Positions 19,974-28,378 of a stretch of DNA of 61,290 nt are shown here, one piece after another. Under the pieces are notes generated by a model that was given only the letters and a program-made list of their open reading frames with translations, had not been told where the DNA came from and searched no databases. Location of the stretch: IMG/VR virus record IMGVR_UViG_3300017788_000026, positions 1 to 61,290 of that record, one strand, 5' to 3'. The position numbers and the translations under genes were made by a program. How positions within the stretch are numbered: position 1 is the stretch's first letter; each line of letters starts with the position of its first letter. The stretch comes from a virus (Duplodnaviria > Caudoviricetes).

Positions 19974-20377
19974 AGCGGCCCAGCCACCACTTCGTTGGGT
20001 AGTGCCGCTATGAAAGTGAACAGGCCGACAGTTATGTAGAATATTCCCATAAGAACGAGATGCAGGAAAAGAGCGTGCCTGGCCCCGCCGGCTACCACTA
20101 GTATTACGCCGCCCATCACGAGTATGTGGGTTGACCCTATTTGCATAAGGATGTACTTAAACTCATCACCAACCGGAAGCAGGTACGTTGCTACTCCCAT
20201 GGTTGCAAGGTAAATACAGCAGAAGATGTTGACGTCTCCGGAGCGTGGTAGGTTACCGTCTTTTTGGGCTTCCACGGTTGCGGTAACCAATGATTGAATC
20301 TTAAAAAGGCCTACTAGAAGGCTTATAACGTATACCAGTAGAATAACATCATTGTCTCTGATCAAAACGCCTGTCAA
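19970..20377 (-). CDS. Multi-pass membrane protein
   Basis: About 4 hydrophobic segments; likely TTG start after GGAGA. Confidence 0.65.
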   Translation of the reverse strand: MTGVLIRDNDVILLVYVISLLVGLFKIQSLVTATVEAQKDGNLPRSGDVNIFCCIYLATMGVATYLLPVGDEFKYILMQIGSTHILVMGGVILVVAGGARHALFLHLVLMGIFYITVGLFTFIAALPNEVVAGPL

Positions 20378-20397
20378 AAGGTTTCTCCGTTGAGGAC

Positions 20398-20406
20398 TCT
20401 TATGAG
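20398..20406 (-). promoter_or_regulatory. Variant CATAAGA promoter-like motif
   Basis: CTCATAAGA upstream of membrane-gene block. Confidence 0.4.
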
Positions 20407-20479
20407 GCACACAGTCCAGTAGAGGACACAGATGGCGGCGCTGAACACCGCCCACATCGGTAACTCGGGTTGTTTCTTG

Positions 20480-20704
20480 TTAGGCACTAAATTGTATTTC
20501 GATCTGGCTAAAGGCGGCACGTTGCGCTGCTTCTTCAATCGTATTGGCTACAGGGAGTATATCAGCGTCATATAGCGGGTATGTTTCATTATTAAAGTAT
20601 TCCTCTAGGCGCTTCTCTAGGAATGTCTCTTTAGAAGGTGCGTAAAATGACTTGTCTATAAAACGCACCAGCTCTCGCCTAGCGTTCTGTTTGGGCGGCA
20701 ACAT
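20480..20704 (-). CDS. Microprotein, array B
   Basis: FIDKSFYAP. Confidence 0.6.
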   Translation of the reverse strand: MLPPKQNARRELVRFIDKSFYAPSKETFLEKRLEEYFNNETYPLYDADILPVANTIEEAAQRAAFSQIEIQFSA

Positions 20705-20921
20705 GTGGTTCCAACTCTACGATTATGTCCTTAATCAACCATACGTCCACTATATCAGATCGAGCTATTCTGGGCAGGCGGATCGGCGTTCCATAGGCGA
20801 TGTGTGTGTCATCTATGATGTAGAAGTCCTCAGGATAGTCGGGAACAAAACCCTCGTCGAAAAACAGGTCTATGATTTCATATATCTTATGACGCGTGTC
20901 TTCGCTTATTTTTCCCCCCAA
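20679..20921 (-). CDS. Microprotein, array B
   Basis: FDEGFVPD; likely TTG start. Confidence 0.6.
   Translation of the reverse strand: MGGKISEDTRHKIYEIIDLFFDEGFVPDYPEDFYIIDDTHIAYGTPIRLPRIARSDIVDVWLIKDIIVELEPHVAAQTER
20885..20893 (-). promoter_or_regulatory. GTCATAAGA motif (intragenic)
   Basis: GTCATAAGATATATG matches consensus. Confidence 0.45.
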
Positions 20922-21112
20922 TCCAAGCACTCTGTGTGTCCCGCCGATATTTCGACAATCTCCAGGGCCGCCGGCACCTCTACTACAAGAAAGCGCTCCA
21001 ATGCTGGATGAATGTGCATTTTCGATACAGCACATTCCGTTGGCGGTGTTTTTATAAATGCATTCATTATGTCTGTTACAATGTTCCCACGGCTCGCCAA
21101 CGTAAGCGGCAT
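20906..21112 (-). CDS. Microprotein, array B
   Basis: IMNAFIKTP. Confidence 0.6.
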   Translation of the reverse strand: MPLTLASRGNIVTDIMNAFIKTPPTECAVSKMHIHPALERFLVVEVPAALEIVEISAGHTECLDWGEK

Positions 21113-21354
21113 CACTCGCTCTCGCGTACAGATACTGTGGTTATAATACAATCAAGGAAGATGGCGGAAGCCACTCCTTCGCGCACGAACCAAGCAATGT
21201 TCGCACTGTGTAGGCTCTCTAAAGAGCGCCCCCCTCTTTTCTTTTTCGGATTGTATCTACTTGTGGCGGCCTCTGATATTACAAAGTACTTGTATAGAGA
21301 ATTGATAACAATGTTCTCGTTAGCTATCAAAACCTCGCGTTGGGAGCTCATCAT
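21112..21354 (-). CDS. Microprotein, array B
   Basis: LYKYFVIS. Confidence 0.6.
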   Translation of the reverse strand: MMSSQREVLIANENIVINSLYKYFVISEAATSRYNPKKKRGGRSLESLHSANIAWFVREGVASAIFLDCIITTVSVRESE

Positions 21355-21557
21355 TCGCCATAGTTATCGTTGAAGCCTACTATATCGACCCACGTTGGGA
21401 TAGTCGCATCAAACATCCTAGGTGCGAGGTCCTGCGGTATTGTTTTCATAAGGCTGATGACATGCTCTACCCGTCTTAGCGGTTGGTATTTTATGAATTG
21501 ACGATCTATCACAAAGATCAATATCTTTTCGGCTGTTCGAGTAGGTCTAAACCGCAT
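21351..21557 (-). CDS. Microprotein, array B
   Basis: IDRQFIKY. Confidence 0.6.
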   Translation of the reverse strand: MRFRPTRTAEKILIFVIDRQFIKYQPLRRVEHVISLMKTIPQDLAPRMFDATIPTWVDIVGFNDNYGE

Positions 21558-21792
21558 AGATGCGCTGCTTGGTTGGGTCTAGGTGGTTTTCCGCTGATAC
21601 ATAGATGCTGTCCGCCTCTGCAGCTTTTACTACCATCGACAGCTCGGCTCTCATAAATTTAAGCTGCAACCACAGTTCCTCACCAATGTTTGGTAGAACC
21701 GGCGGTGTTATAAGAAAGCTAGTTCTGATAAAGTGTTTTACGCATATCTGTCCAATAATATCAAATTGAGAGTTGAAAGAGTTAGTAAGCAT
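21547..21792 (-). CDS. Microprotein, array B
   Basis: CVKHFIRT. Confidence 0.6.
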   Translation of the reverse strand: MLTNSFNSQFDIIGQICVKHFIRTSFLITPPVLPNIGEELWLQLKFMRAELSMVVKAAEADSIYVSAENHLDPTKQRIYAV

Positions 21793-21798
21793 TGTCTT

Positions 21799-22005
21799 TT
21801 AGCATTCTAAATCCTCGTCAGCTATCCTCGTCTCCACTGAGACCAGTATGACGAATGCGTCGCGGTATCTATCCGGGGTTACCTTTTGGTACATATCATC
21901 TAAAACCTTATCGGATTCTATAAAAGCGTCGCCTATCTGGTCAATCAATGAGCGATGCCTGTCTAGTCTAGTTTCTTCAGCTGTCATTGTATCGGAACAT
22001 CCCAT
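21799..22005 (-). CDS. Microprotein, array B
   Basis: IGDAFIES. Confidence 0.6.
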   Translation of the reverse strand: MGCSDTMTAEETRLDRHRSLIDQIGDAFIESDKVLDDMYQKVTPDRYRDAFVILVSVETRIADEDLEC

Positions 22006-22175
22006 CTGTGGTGTCTGCCTATGTTTGCAAATATTTCCTGTCCCAGGAGGGCGCGAGCCCGCATCCGAATCTCTGGGACAGGCATATGTAGATCTGTGTA
22101 GTATATGAGGGTATCTGTAGTTAAAAACCCTTTTACCATATATATGGTCAAACTTACCTCAGCAGAGTAGCTCAT
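21984..22175 (-). CDS. Microprotein, array B
   Basis: MVKGFLTT. Confidence 0.6.
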   Translation of the reverse strand: MSYSAEVSLTIYMVKGFLTTDTLIYYTDLHMPVPEIRMRARALLGQEIFANIGRHHRWDVPIQ

Positions 22176-22356
22176 GTTCTAGGAGGTTCAGGTCTGTGGT
22201 TATGCGTTCTACGGATAGCATAGCCCGGGATACAGCCACTACTGAAGCACCAGTGCTCTCCATTAGAGAATAGAGTTTGGATAGTATCAGCGCTAGCTCA
22301 ATACCGTCATCTAGGAAAGACTCGTCTATTGAGTCGTGAAGGGATGTGTATCTCAT
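22159..22356 (-). CDS. Microprotein, array B
   Basis: IDESFLDD. Confidence 0.6.
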   Translation of the reverse strand: MRYTSLHDSIDESFLDDGIELALILSKLYSLMESTGASVVAVSRAMLSVERITTDLNLLEHELLC

Positions 22357-22568
22357 GGTGAGTCTGCTTGGTCTACTGCTCTATTGACATCACTGTGTAC
22401 ACCCAAATTACTGCCAATATCCATGAGGTTATGAAAAACGTTCGGGTACTTAATATAGAATAAGTACCTTTTTGTACTATCATGTACCATATCAGCTCCC
22501 GCCCACACATCCACAAAGTCGTGGTTGAGTACCTTCTCTAACGCTAACCTATCCACGGATATAATCAT
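22353..22568 (-). CDS. Microprotein, array B
   Basis: LNHDFVDV. Confidence 0.6.
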   Translation of the reverse strand: MIISVDRLALEKVLNHDFVDVWAGADMVHDSTKRYLFYIKYPNVFHNLMDIGSNLGVHSDVNRAVDQADSP

Positions 22569-22780
22569 GATACAACCGCGGTTCTTATGCCCATTATAGG
22601 TACGCGTCTAGTGTGCTCGCTGAGTATGGGGCCACAAACAGGACAATCGCTGTTTGCGAAGGACTTTGTTAGTATAATCTCGCGGGTTTGTTTGTCCCAC
22701 GTCACGTGAAAGAAATCACCCCTGTAGAATCTCTTTTCTACCACTTCGGTAATAATGTGATCAGAGAGATGGGTTGTCAT
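22565..22780 (-). CDS. Microprotein, array B
   Basis: VEKRFYRG; CPVC. Confidence 0.6.
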   Translation of the reverse strand: MTTHLSDHIITEVVEKRFYRGDFFHVTWDKQTREIILTKSFANSDCPVCGPILSEHTRRVPIMGIRTAVVS

Positions 22781-22801
22781 CTGTAAGTGGGTTGGGGTAC
22801 T

Positions 22802-23068
22802 CTAAGAGACCGAATCTTCTACGTAAGAAGGCTGGTTAGCTCTGTGAGGCATACGTATCCCATCCGGCGAAATGTCGCTCCACGCCGCCGCCTGCGCTCC
22901 GGAGCTAAGCCGACCCATAATTTCGAACCAGGCTCTTCTTGGGTAGCCGTGATGGCTGAGCTGTTCTACAAAGATATCTTTATAGATGTCTTGATCTACG
23001 AAGGTTTTTGCAACGCTTATTAGGATGCCTTCTCGCATTACAGCCTCGCGGTCTTTAACCCACCCCAA
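22802..23068 (-). CDS. Microprotein, array B
   Basis: VAKTFVDQ. Confidence 0.55.
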   Translation of the reverse strand: MGWVKDREAVMREGILISVAKTFVDQDIYKDIFVEQLSHHGYPRRAWFEIMGRLSSGAQAAAWSDISPDGIRMPHRANQPSYVEDSVS

Positions 23069-23291
23069 AGAAGACCATCGCGGTTTCTGGGCCTTTCAGT
23101 GCACCCATAAGGCTGGTTAGCTCTGTGCGGCTTCTTATATTATCCAGCACCTCGTAGGAGACCCAGGTACCAAGGCGCTTCTCTAATAAAGACTGAACCT
23201 CATCTCGGATAGATCGGTGCTCTACTATGAAAAGCTCCTTTCTCATCACGTTATCTGATAGCCACGTCCCTATGTCAGTGACATGTCTCAT
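23055..23291 (-). CDS. Microprotein, array B
   Basis: RKELFIVE. Confidence 0.6.
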   Translation of the reverse strand: MRHVTDIGTWLSDNVMRKELFIVEHRSIRDEVQSLLEKRLGTWVSYEVLDNIRSRTELTSLMGALKGPETAMVFFGVG

Positions 23292-23475
23292 TTAAGACCC
23301 TCTCCGTGACCCTGTCTAAGTTTATACCCTCGCGGTCAACAGACACGCCGAGCATATCCCAAATTTCGAGTATTCGTGCCGCGTATATTTGATTAACGGC
23401 TGTATCGAGCTCGGTGTACTGGCTTTTTATAAAACCCATATTTACTTTATGCGGGTAGGCTTTATCTAGGCCCAT
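23275..23475 (-). CDS. Microprotein, array B
   Basis: VNMGFIKS. Confidence 0.6.
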   Translation of the reverse strand: MGLDKAYPHKVNMGFIKSQYTELDTAVNQIYAARILEIWDMLGVSVDREGINLDRVTERVLNETCH

Positions 23476-23672
23476 AGGATAACAAGTCTCGTCTCTAGGT
23501 CTCTCACTGATCTGCGCTCAACGACTGTTTTAATGCTGTCAACTATTCTTATATCGCTCTGTCTGAGGTCACCTGGCATGCTAAAGTAAAGCTCATTTTC
23601 CTCGTCATACGGGTCAATGAAATACGGGTCTATGATTAAATCAGCTAAGGTCTTGTATTGGGGGTACTGCAT
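23466..23672 (-). CDS. Microprotein, array B
   Basis: IDPYFIDP. Confidence 0.6.
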   Translation of the reverse strand: MQYPQYKTLADLIIDPYFIDPYDEENELYFSMPGDLRQSDIRIVDSIKTVVERRSVRDLETRLVILWA

Positions 23673-23841
23673 TACGGGCGGCTCGTTCTATTAATTGTAC
23701 ATTTAAAGGAGTAAGGTCTAGTAGGATGCTAAGTTGACGCAGCGAGGTCGTTTTACAAACCGCTGCTATGTCGCATACTAGGTCGGTTTGATAACGCCAG
23801 GCGCTTATAAATCCCAGGTCTGATCTATGTATAGGGTTCAT
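23641..23841 (-). CDS. Microprotein, array B
   Basis: SDLGFISAW. Confidence 0.6.
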   Translation of the reverse strand: MNPIHRSDLGFISAWRYQTDLVCDIAAVCKTTSLRQLSILLDLTPLNVQLIERAARNAVPPIQDLS

Positions 23842-24065
23842 GTATTAAACACCTCCCTGCCTCTAAACTCCAAAATCTCAATAACTCGCCCAGAGGCGCT
23901 GTACATAGCCCACATGTCCATCACCTTACTTGGTCTACATATAGGCATATCGCCTATCGTTTCATCATGTAACTTCCATGGATGTATAAATTCTCTGCTA
24001 ATTGCTTCTTCTAGCCGGTTATAATCTGTGCGAGCCCCTCTAAAGGTCATCATGGATTCCTTCAA
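23838..24065 (-). CDS. Microprotein, array B
   Basis: ISREFIHPW. Confidence 0.6.
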   Translation of the reverse strand: MKESMMTFRGARTDYNRLEEAISREFIHPWKLHDETIGDMPICRPSKVMDMWAMYSASGRVIEILEFRGREVFNT

Positions 24066-24240
24066 CCTCTCTAACGCTCATAAACAAATCTATAGGATCG
24101 CAGGAATCTAGCATGTGATCCATTATCTCCGGGCGGGGGTGGGCTACACGCCAAATCGCGTAAGTGTGCTGAACGCGCCCGCTGTTAGTGTCGGTAAAAG
24201 ACCTTTGAATATAATCCAGCAGTTCCTTATTCGAGGACAT
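24040..24240 (-). CDS. Microprotein, array B
   Basis: IQRSFTDT. Confidence 0.6.
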   Translation of the reverse strand: MSSNKELLDYIQRSFTDTNSGRVQHTYAIWRVAHPRPEIMDHMLDSCDPIDLFMSVREVEGIHDDL

Positions 24241-24397
24241 CTGCTATATGCAAGTGGCCCGCACGAACGAGCCGAATTCTTTTTACATCAGCTGCATCAT
24301 CGATCATTTGGTCTATTTGCAGCATATAAGCGGCATACATCGTCCACGGCTCTAGGAAGCGGCTTGCTACAATATCATCTAGCTGTTGAAGGGTCAT
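24227..24397 (-). CDS. Microprotein, array B (56 aa, absent from ORF track)
   Basis: Hand translation MTLQQLDDIVASRFLEPW...ADVLE fills the gap and matches the family motif. Confidence 0.65.
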   Translation of the reverse strand: MTLQQLDDIVASRFLEPWTMYAAYMLQIDQMIDDAADVKRIRLVRAGHLHIADVLE

Positions 24398-24581
24398 CTA
24401 GTAGCTCTATTGACCACGTCCGTTCTGCTATAAAGAAAATGTGCTCAGATAGTGGCTGCATCAGGCCGTCTTTTCTGTATTTTACAAAATATGATTGGCC
24501 TTGGTTAGCCATATTTATGAATAGATGTGGGGACACGAAGTCCCTTTTTATGATGTCATTTATTTGTGTAAGGGGTATCAT
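24375..24581 (-). CDS. Microprotein, array B (clear paralog of 24556-24753)
   Basis: FVSPHLF...HIFFIAERTWSIELLDD. Confidence 0.7.
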   Translation of the reverse strand: MIPLTQINDIIKRDFVSPHLFINMANQGQSYFVKYRKDGLMQPLSEHIFFIAERTWSIELLDDPSTAR

Positions 24582-24753
24582 CTAACATCTCTGGTGCCCA
24601 TACACGGTGTGCCATAGAGAAAATGTGGTCAGCTAGATGATTTAGCAGTTCGTAGTTTATGCCTATTACAAACTCTTTTTGGTCTTGTCTAGTCATTCCT
24701 AGAAATAGATACGGGTCTAAAAACCCCAGGTTTTTTGCGTCAGGACAGTCCAA
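24556..24753 (-). CDS. Microprotein, array B (clear paralog of 24375-24581)
   Basis: FLDPYLF...HIFSMAHRVWAPEMLDD. Confidence 0.7.
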   Translation of the reverse strand: MDCPDAKNLGFLDPYLFLGMTRQDQKEFVIGINYELLNHLADHIFSMAHRVWAPEMLDDTPYTNK

Positions 24754-24982
24754 TATGCGCCTCTTCTGTATCTATTGACGACGTTGCCTCGGGGAGTAGG
24801 CTAATTAAAGTCATCATTATTTCCGTTGAGGGAAAAACACGGGAGCATAGGTTAGATATTTCTATATTCATTCTATGGACTGCATGCGCATGCACTATGT
24901 CCTTAGCACTTATTATTTTAGACTCCGGCTCAATAAAACTGATTTCGTACAGAATATTTCGCGTTCGGTTATTCACTGACAT
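24740..24982 (-). CDS. Microprotein, array B
   Basis: YEISFIEP. Confidence 0.6.
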   Translation of the reverse strand: MSVNNRTRNILYEISFIEPESKIISAKDIVHAHAVHRMNIEISNLCSRVFPSTEIMMTLISLLPEATSSIDTEEAHIGLS

Positions 24983-25212
24983 TGATCCAAAGCCTCTTCT
25001 ACAGCCTCTTCTAGACTATCTTCTAGATTATCGAGCACCTCAGCATAGCAGTCTGTAACGTATGCTGGCAGTATCTCTCCCTTTCCGAGAAAGCGGTACC
25101 ACTGCTCGGGTGGTATTTCTATACGTAGGAATCCTATAGTCAACTTAGTAAGATCAGTCTTCAGCTGGAGCCTCAATTTCGGTGCTTGCAAACACAACCG
25201 CATCCATTGCAT
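24973..25212 (-). CDS. Microprotein, array B
   Basis: LTIGFLRI. Confidence 0.55.
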   Translation of the reverse strand: MQWMRLCLQAPKLRLQLKTDLTKLTIGFLRIEIPPEQWYRFLGKGEILPAYVTDCYAEVLDNLEDSLEEAVEEALDQCQ

Positions 25213-25396
25213 AGGACATTATTATGGCTGGTTGGGCAGGAAACATGTTCGCAGGGTAGCACCCGGTTTCGCATATAACCTCGTTTTTCATCCAGAAAGA
25301 ATGAGCCTTATCAAAACCAAAGACTTCAGAAAACTCGCAGAGTATAATGTCTTTTTTAAGTTTAGGTATTAACGGCTTCATACCATGCGTCCACAA
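25154..25396 (-). CDS. Microprotein, array B
   Basis: ILCEFSEV. Confidence 0.55.
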   Translation of the reverse strand: MWTHGMKPLIPKLKKDIILCEFSEVFGFDKAHSFWMKNEVICETGCYPANMFPAQPAIIMSYAMDAVVFASTEIEAPAED

Positions 25397-25589
25397 AAAG
25401 GTGAGAGAGGTCTCTTTCGCGTGTCGATTGTGTTAAATCATAATCACTGCCCTTATACAGCGCGGCTAATTCTGATAGTTCTTTCACATAAACCCCCCGA
25501 AAAAACCCCGCGGTCGCTCGGTTTAGTAGCGCGCCGTGTTCGTTCTCGATTCGATAGTCAACTGTTATGTCGGTTTGCATATTGAGCAT
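25362..25589 (-). CDS. Microprotein, array B
   Basis: ATAGFFRG. Confidence 0.55.
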   Translation of the reverse strand: MLNMQTDITVDYRIENEHGALLNRATAGFFRGVYVKELSELAALYKGSDYDLTQSTRERDLSHLFVDAWYEAVNT

Positions 25590-25788
25590 AGTAGATCGCT
25601 GAGAGTACCCCTATATCAAGATCGGCATCTAGAACGCGGAACGGAGGCCTCCTAAACAGCTCTTGCGCGTACAGGTCTGTTATTTTGACATGCTCATCTA
25701 TAAGGCGGCGGTATTCCTGTATAAGGAAATTCGCGCCTATATGATTCGCTACCGAGACTATAGCCGTTGCTAGCTCGTCTAAGTCCAC
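25558..25788 (-). CDS. Microprotein, array B
   Basis: IGANFLIQ; likely GTG start. Confidence 0.55.
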   Translation of the reverse strand: MDLDELATAIVSVANHIGANFLIQEYRRLIDEHVKITDLYAQELFRRPPFRVLDADLDIGVLSAIYYAQYANRHNS

Positions 25789-25994
25789 TCGGCCTCTTCG
25801 TCGAGTAGTCGATCGAATGATACTGCGTCGGTAGCTCTGGACATGTCCCATCTCATAATAGCGAGCGTGTACCTAGTTCCGTAGGACAGCCTACTTTCAT
25901 GTGCCTGCTGTCCTACGTCACAGAACCTCGTCGGATCCAAGGTGTGTTTTTTGAACATCGTGTCAATCATGCACGCATGAGCGTAGTCCATCAT
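25779..25994 (-). CDS. Microprotein, array B
   Basis: IDTMFKKH. Confidence 0.55.
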   Translation of the reverse strand: MMDYAHACMIDTMFKKHTLDPTRFCDVGQQAHESRLSYGTRYTLAIMRWDMSRATDAVSFDRLLDEEAEWT

Positions 25995-26000
25995 AACGCA

Positions 26001-26420
26001 CTAGTCTACCCGCATACTTGTGTACAGGTCTTCAACAACTTCGTGGTTAAACCACATACTCGCCTGTCTGCGGGCGCCTTTGAAAAAAGTGACCTCCCAG
26101 AGGAGATCGCCGCACGGTATAGCATCGTTGGGCCCTAGTTTGAACCCGTTTATAGTTACAGCCCGGGCCTCCAACAAGCGCCGTCTCTCAGACATGGAGG
26201 CGTTGGATTCTTGTTGTGTGCTGGGCACGTGAGTGAGCCCTCTTAGGAATGCTAAGGCCGAGCCTTCGGCGAATAGTGGCGCGGCTTCAACAGCCCGTGC
26301 GCTTGATTGTAGTCTATCTAGCGCCTCTTCTTTTGTTTTAGCGCCCTTGATTTTTTTGAAGGCGGCGCCTAGCGCCTCCCGGGTGAAACCCATAGACTGT
26401 AGTTCTTCTCGTGTAAGCAC
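26001..26420 (-). CDS. Protein with S4-like RNA-binding motif
   Basis: SMSERRRLLEARAVTING resembles the S4 motif of the TyrRS C-terminus. Confidence 0.5.
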   Translation of the reverse strand: MLTREELQSMGFTREALGAAFKKIKGAKTKEEALDRLQSSARAVEAAPLFAEGSALAFLRGLTHVPSTQQESNASMSERRRLLEARAVTINGFKLGPNDAIPCGDLLWEVTFFKGARRQASMWFNHEVVEDLYTSMRVD

Positions 26421-26424
26421 GCGG

Positions 26425-26949
26425 TCAACGCTTCTTTGGTAGGTAGTCCTGTTCTATAAGGCAGATAATATTGTTTACAGTAGTGTGTGTTTCTTTATTG
26501 AGCGCCAGCGCATCATCTAGTAGGCTGTGAACGATACGCCTGTGTTCGTGCATATCATTACCGTTAGGTAGATGCTTGAGCCTCCACATAAAAGCATCCA
26601 AGCGGTCGCACAGCTTCAAAACCCGCTTCTCTTCGTCGGTGAGTTTGTCTTCTATATAACCGAAGCCCAAAGAAGCGCGGCCATTTTTCTCTATACCATC
26701 CACCATATTTTTTAGCTCAGGATGAGTTAGTTTCGTGGGCGTGCTTATGTCGCCAGTGAACCACTCTCCTAAGTCGTGTGTCAGCGCAAACAACAGCGCT
26801 TCTTTCGATATAGTGGGCATCAGTTGGACAGCTAATAAAGCTACGCGACATTGATGCCCTGCTATCGAATCATTTGAGTCACTTAAATCCGGATCGGTGT
26901 GCCATCTTTTTACAAAAGTGGCCAACCAGGTTCTGTACATTTTTGTCAT
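26425..26949 (-). CDS. HD-domain phosphohydrolase (YfbR-like nucleotidase family)
   Basis: VKRWH, SIAGHQ, LTHDLGE..TGDI.TP.K, KLCDRLDA. Confidence 0.85.
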   Translation of the reverse strand: MTKMYRTWLATFVKRWHTDPDLSDSNDSIAGHQCRVALLAVQLMPTISKEALLFALTHDLGEWFTGDISTPTKLTHPELKNMVDGIEKNGRASLGFGYIEDKLTDEEKRVLKLCDRLDAFMWRLKHLPNGNDMHEHRRIVHSLLDDALALNKETHTTVNNIICLIEQDYLPKKR

Positions 26950-27042
26950 TTTACCTTTTTATCTATACTTTCGTACGTTTGTCTGCCTGTCTATTATATG
27001 CTCTATAGCGATTTCCGCACCTTAGATACAACTGCTTTACTT

Positions 27043-27279
27043 TTAGCATTCCGCTTCAATGCTGAAATCTTCGAGGTCAGATAATACAGCAGCACCCTCT
27101 ATTAAGGTGCTTATTGATAAGAGCACGTCTAAGCCGACTAGTGTATATATCTTCGGTAGTCCATAATTCAGGTGGAGCATGTGTCTAGGACTACAAATAT
27201 AGCAGATCAGATCATTATTAGTCATCCCAGGCTCTTTCGCAATCAGCCACTCCAGGAATCCAGACAATATCAACAGCAT
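27043..27279 (-). CDS. Microprotein, array B (start probably at MTNND)
   Basis: ICYICSPRHM. Confidence 0.5.
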   Translation of the reverse strand: MLLILSGFLEWLIAKEPGMTNNDLICYICSPRHMLHLNYGLPKIYTLVGLDVLLSISTLIEGAAVLSDLEDFSIEAEC

Positions 27280-27427
27280 TAACTATTTCGTCTTCTAGCT
27301 CAAAACATTCGGACAAACCGAATAAACGGGAAGAATCGCGGCCTAGGTCGGCAAACCATACAGGCACTCTGTAGGCTATAAACCAGGTATATAGCGGGAA
27401 TTTCTCTAAAGGGCTACTAGGCTTCAC
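27218..27427 (-). CDS. Microprotein, array B
   Basis: LYTWFIAY. Confidence 0.55.
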   Translation of the reverse strand: MKPSSPLEKFPLYTWFIAYRVPVWFADLGRDSSRLFGLSECFELEDEIVNAVDIVWIPGVADCERAWDD

Positions 27428-27602
27428 TGCTTATTTCCGTTAGCCACCTGAGTAGCTGAAGGGAGGTGAGGGTTTCACGTAGATCAGTAAATAACGGGTC
27501 GGCGTAGTACGTGTCTATTAGAGGGAGGCCCTCATCCGGTACAGCGCTTAGAACAAATTTGTGTGTTAGCTCAAGTACAAACTCTGGCTTCGTACCGTCC
27601 AT
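27417..27602 (-). CDS. Microprotein, array B
   Basis: LTHKFVLS. Confidence 0.55.
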   Translation of the reverse strand: MDGTKPEFVLELTHKFVLSAVPDEGLPLIDTYYADPLFTDLRETLTSLQLLRWLTEISSEA

Positions 27603-27778
27603 ATAACGCCCTCAAGATCCCTGTCTATTTGTTCGGCCACCGGCTGTGTAATGCTTATCATGTAGGTCAGCACTTCTGCCCGTTCAGGACGCGCGTCATG
27701 ATCTATCCAGGAGGATACCCCTAGGTTGAGCTTGCTCGTACTAATAAAGAATGAGCAGATATCTAATGACGAAACCAT
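27566..27778 (-). CDS. Microprotein, array B
   Basis: ICSFFIST. Confidence 0.55.
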   Translation of the reverse strand: MVSSLDICSFFISTSKLNLGVSSWIDHDARPERAEVLTYMISITQPVAEQIDRDLEGVIWTVRSQSLYLS

Positions 27779-27779
27779 G

Positions 27780-28034
27780 TTATGGTCCTGTTGCTGCTAT
27801 GTAGTACGTGGTCCCTAGAATACGCGCTTCGTCTATTATACGGTATGTTTCGGTATCTATATCGCTTGAGAGCCCGGCCCACAGGTCGTCTACGGCTGCG
27901 GACGTGTCTGTGATGTTGGCTAACCAGTTAAAGCTCATGTCCACGAAGTGCCGCGGATATACACAGTATTCCACCCATTCTATTTTTTTATAAACCCTAG
28001 GATCATACATTTCTTGACTGGGTATAAACAACAC
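27780..28034 (-). CDS. Microprotein, array B
   Basis: YPRHFVDM. Confidence 0.55.
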   Translation of the reverse strand: MLFIPSQEMYDPRVYKKIEWVEYCVYPRHFVDMSFNWLANITDTSAAVDDLWAGLSSDIDTETYRIIDEARILGTTYYIAATGP

Positions 28035-28067
28035 CTTTTCCTCGCTTCAGTTGGTTCGCCTACTAGG

Positions 28068-28093
28068 AAAAAGAAGGAGCCGGCGCCCCTTCT
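28068..28093 (-). terminator. Intrinsic terminator
   Basis: AGAAGG-GGCGCCGGCT-CCTTCT followed by T tract on - strand. Confidence 0.55.
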
Positions 28094-28099
28094 GTGATC

Positions 28100-28378
28100 T
28101 CACCGATATCGGTGTCTTACCAACACCGGGTCGGCGGCTCGCTTCATCTCTTCGTAGTGTTTGTCACACAGCAGGATGCTCGGACTATGTTTTTTTCCCG
28201 TTGATGCGTAGAACGTCCAGCCAGAGCAACTTGAGGGCCCCTTAAACACGCATTGCTGTTGCCTGTACAGATACCAGGCCCAGATCAAGGTCACCTGGAT
28301 CAGAACACTTAGAGACAACCCAAAGATTGGGGCGCCCCATTTGGTGTGGCGAAAAGACACCTTAGCTTTGTTCTTCAT
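28100..28378 (-). CDS. 1-TM protein with Cys/His-rich tail
   Basis: Hydrophobic segment, then C..C...CDKH. Confidence 0.6.
   Translation of the reverse strand: MKNKAKVSFRHTKWGAPIFGLSLSVLIQVTLIWAWYLYRQQQCVFKGPSSCSGWTFYASTGKKHSPSILLCDKHYEEMKRAADPVLVRHRYR

Noticed and set aside
26001-26420. Tyrosyl-tRNA synthetase
   Set aside because: Only an S4-like motif; no HIGH/KMSKS catalytic domain
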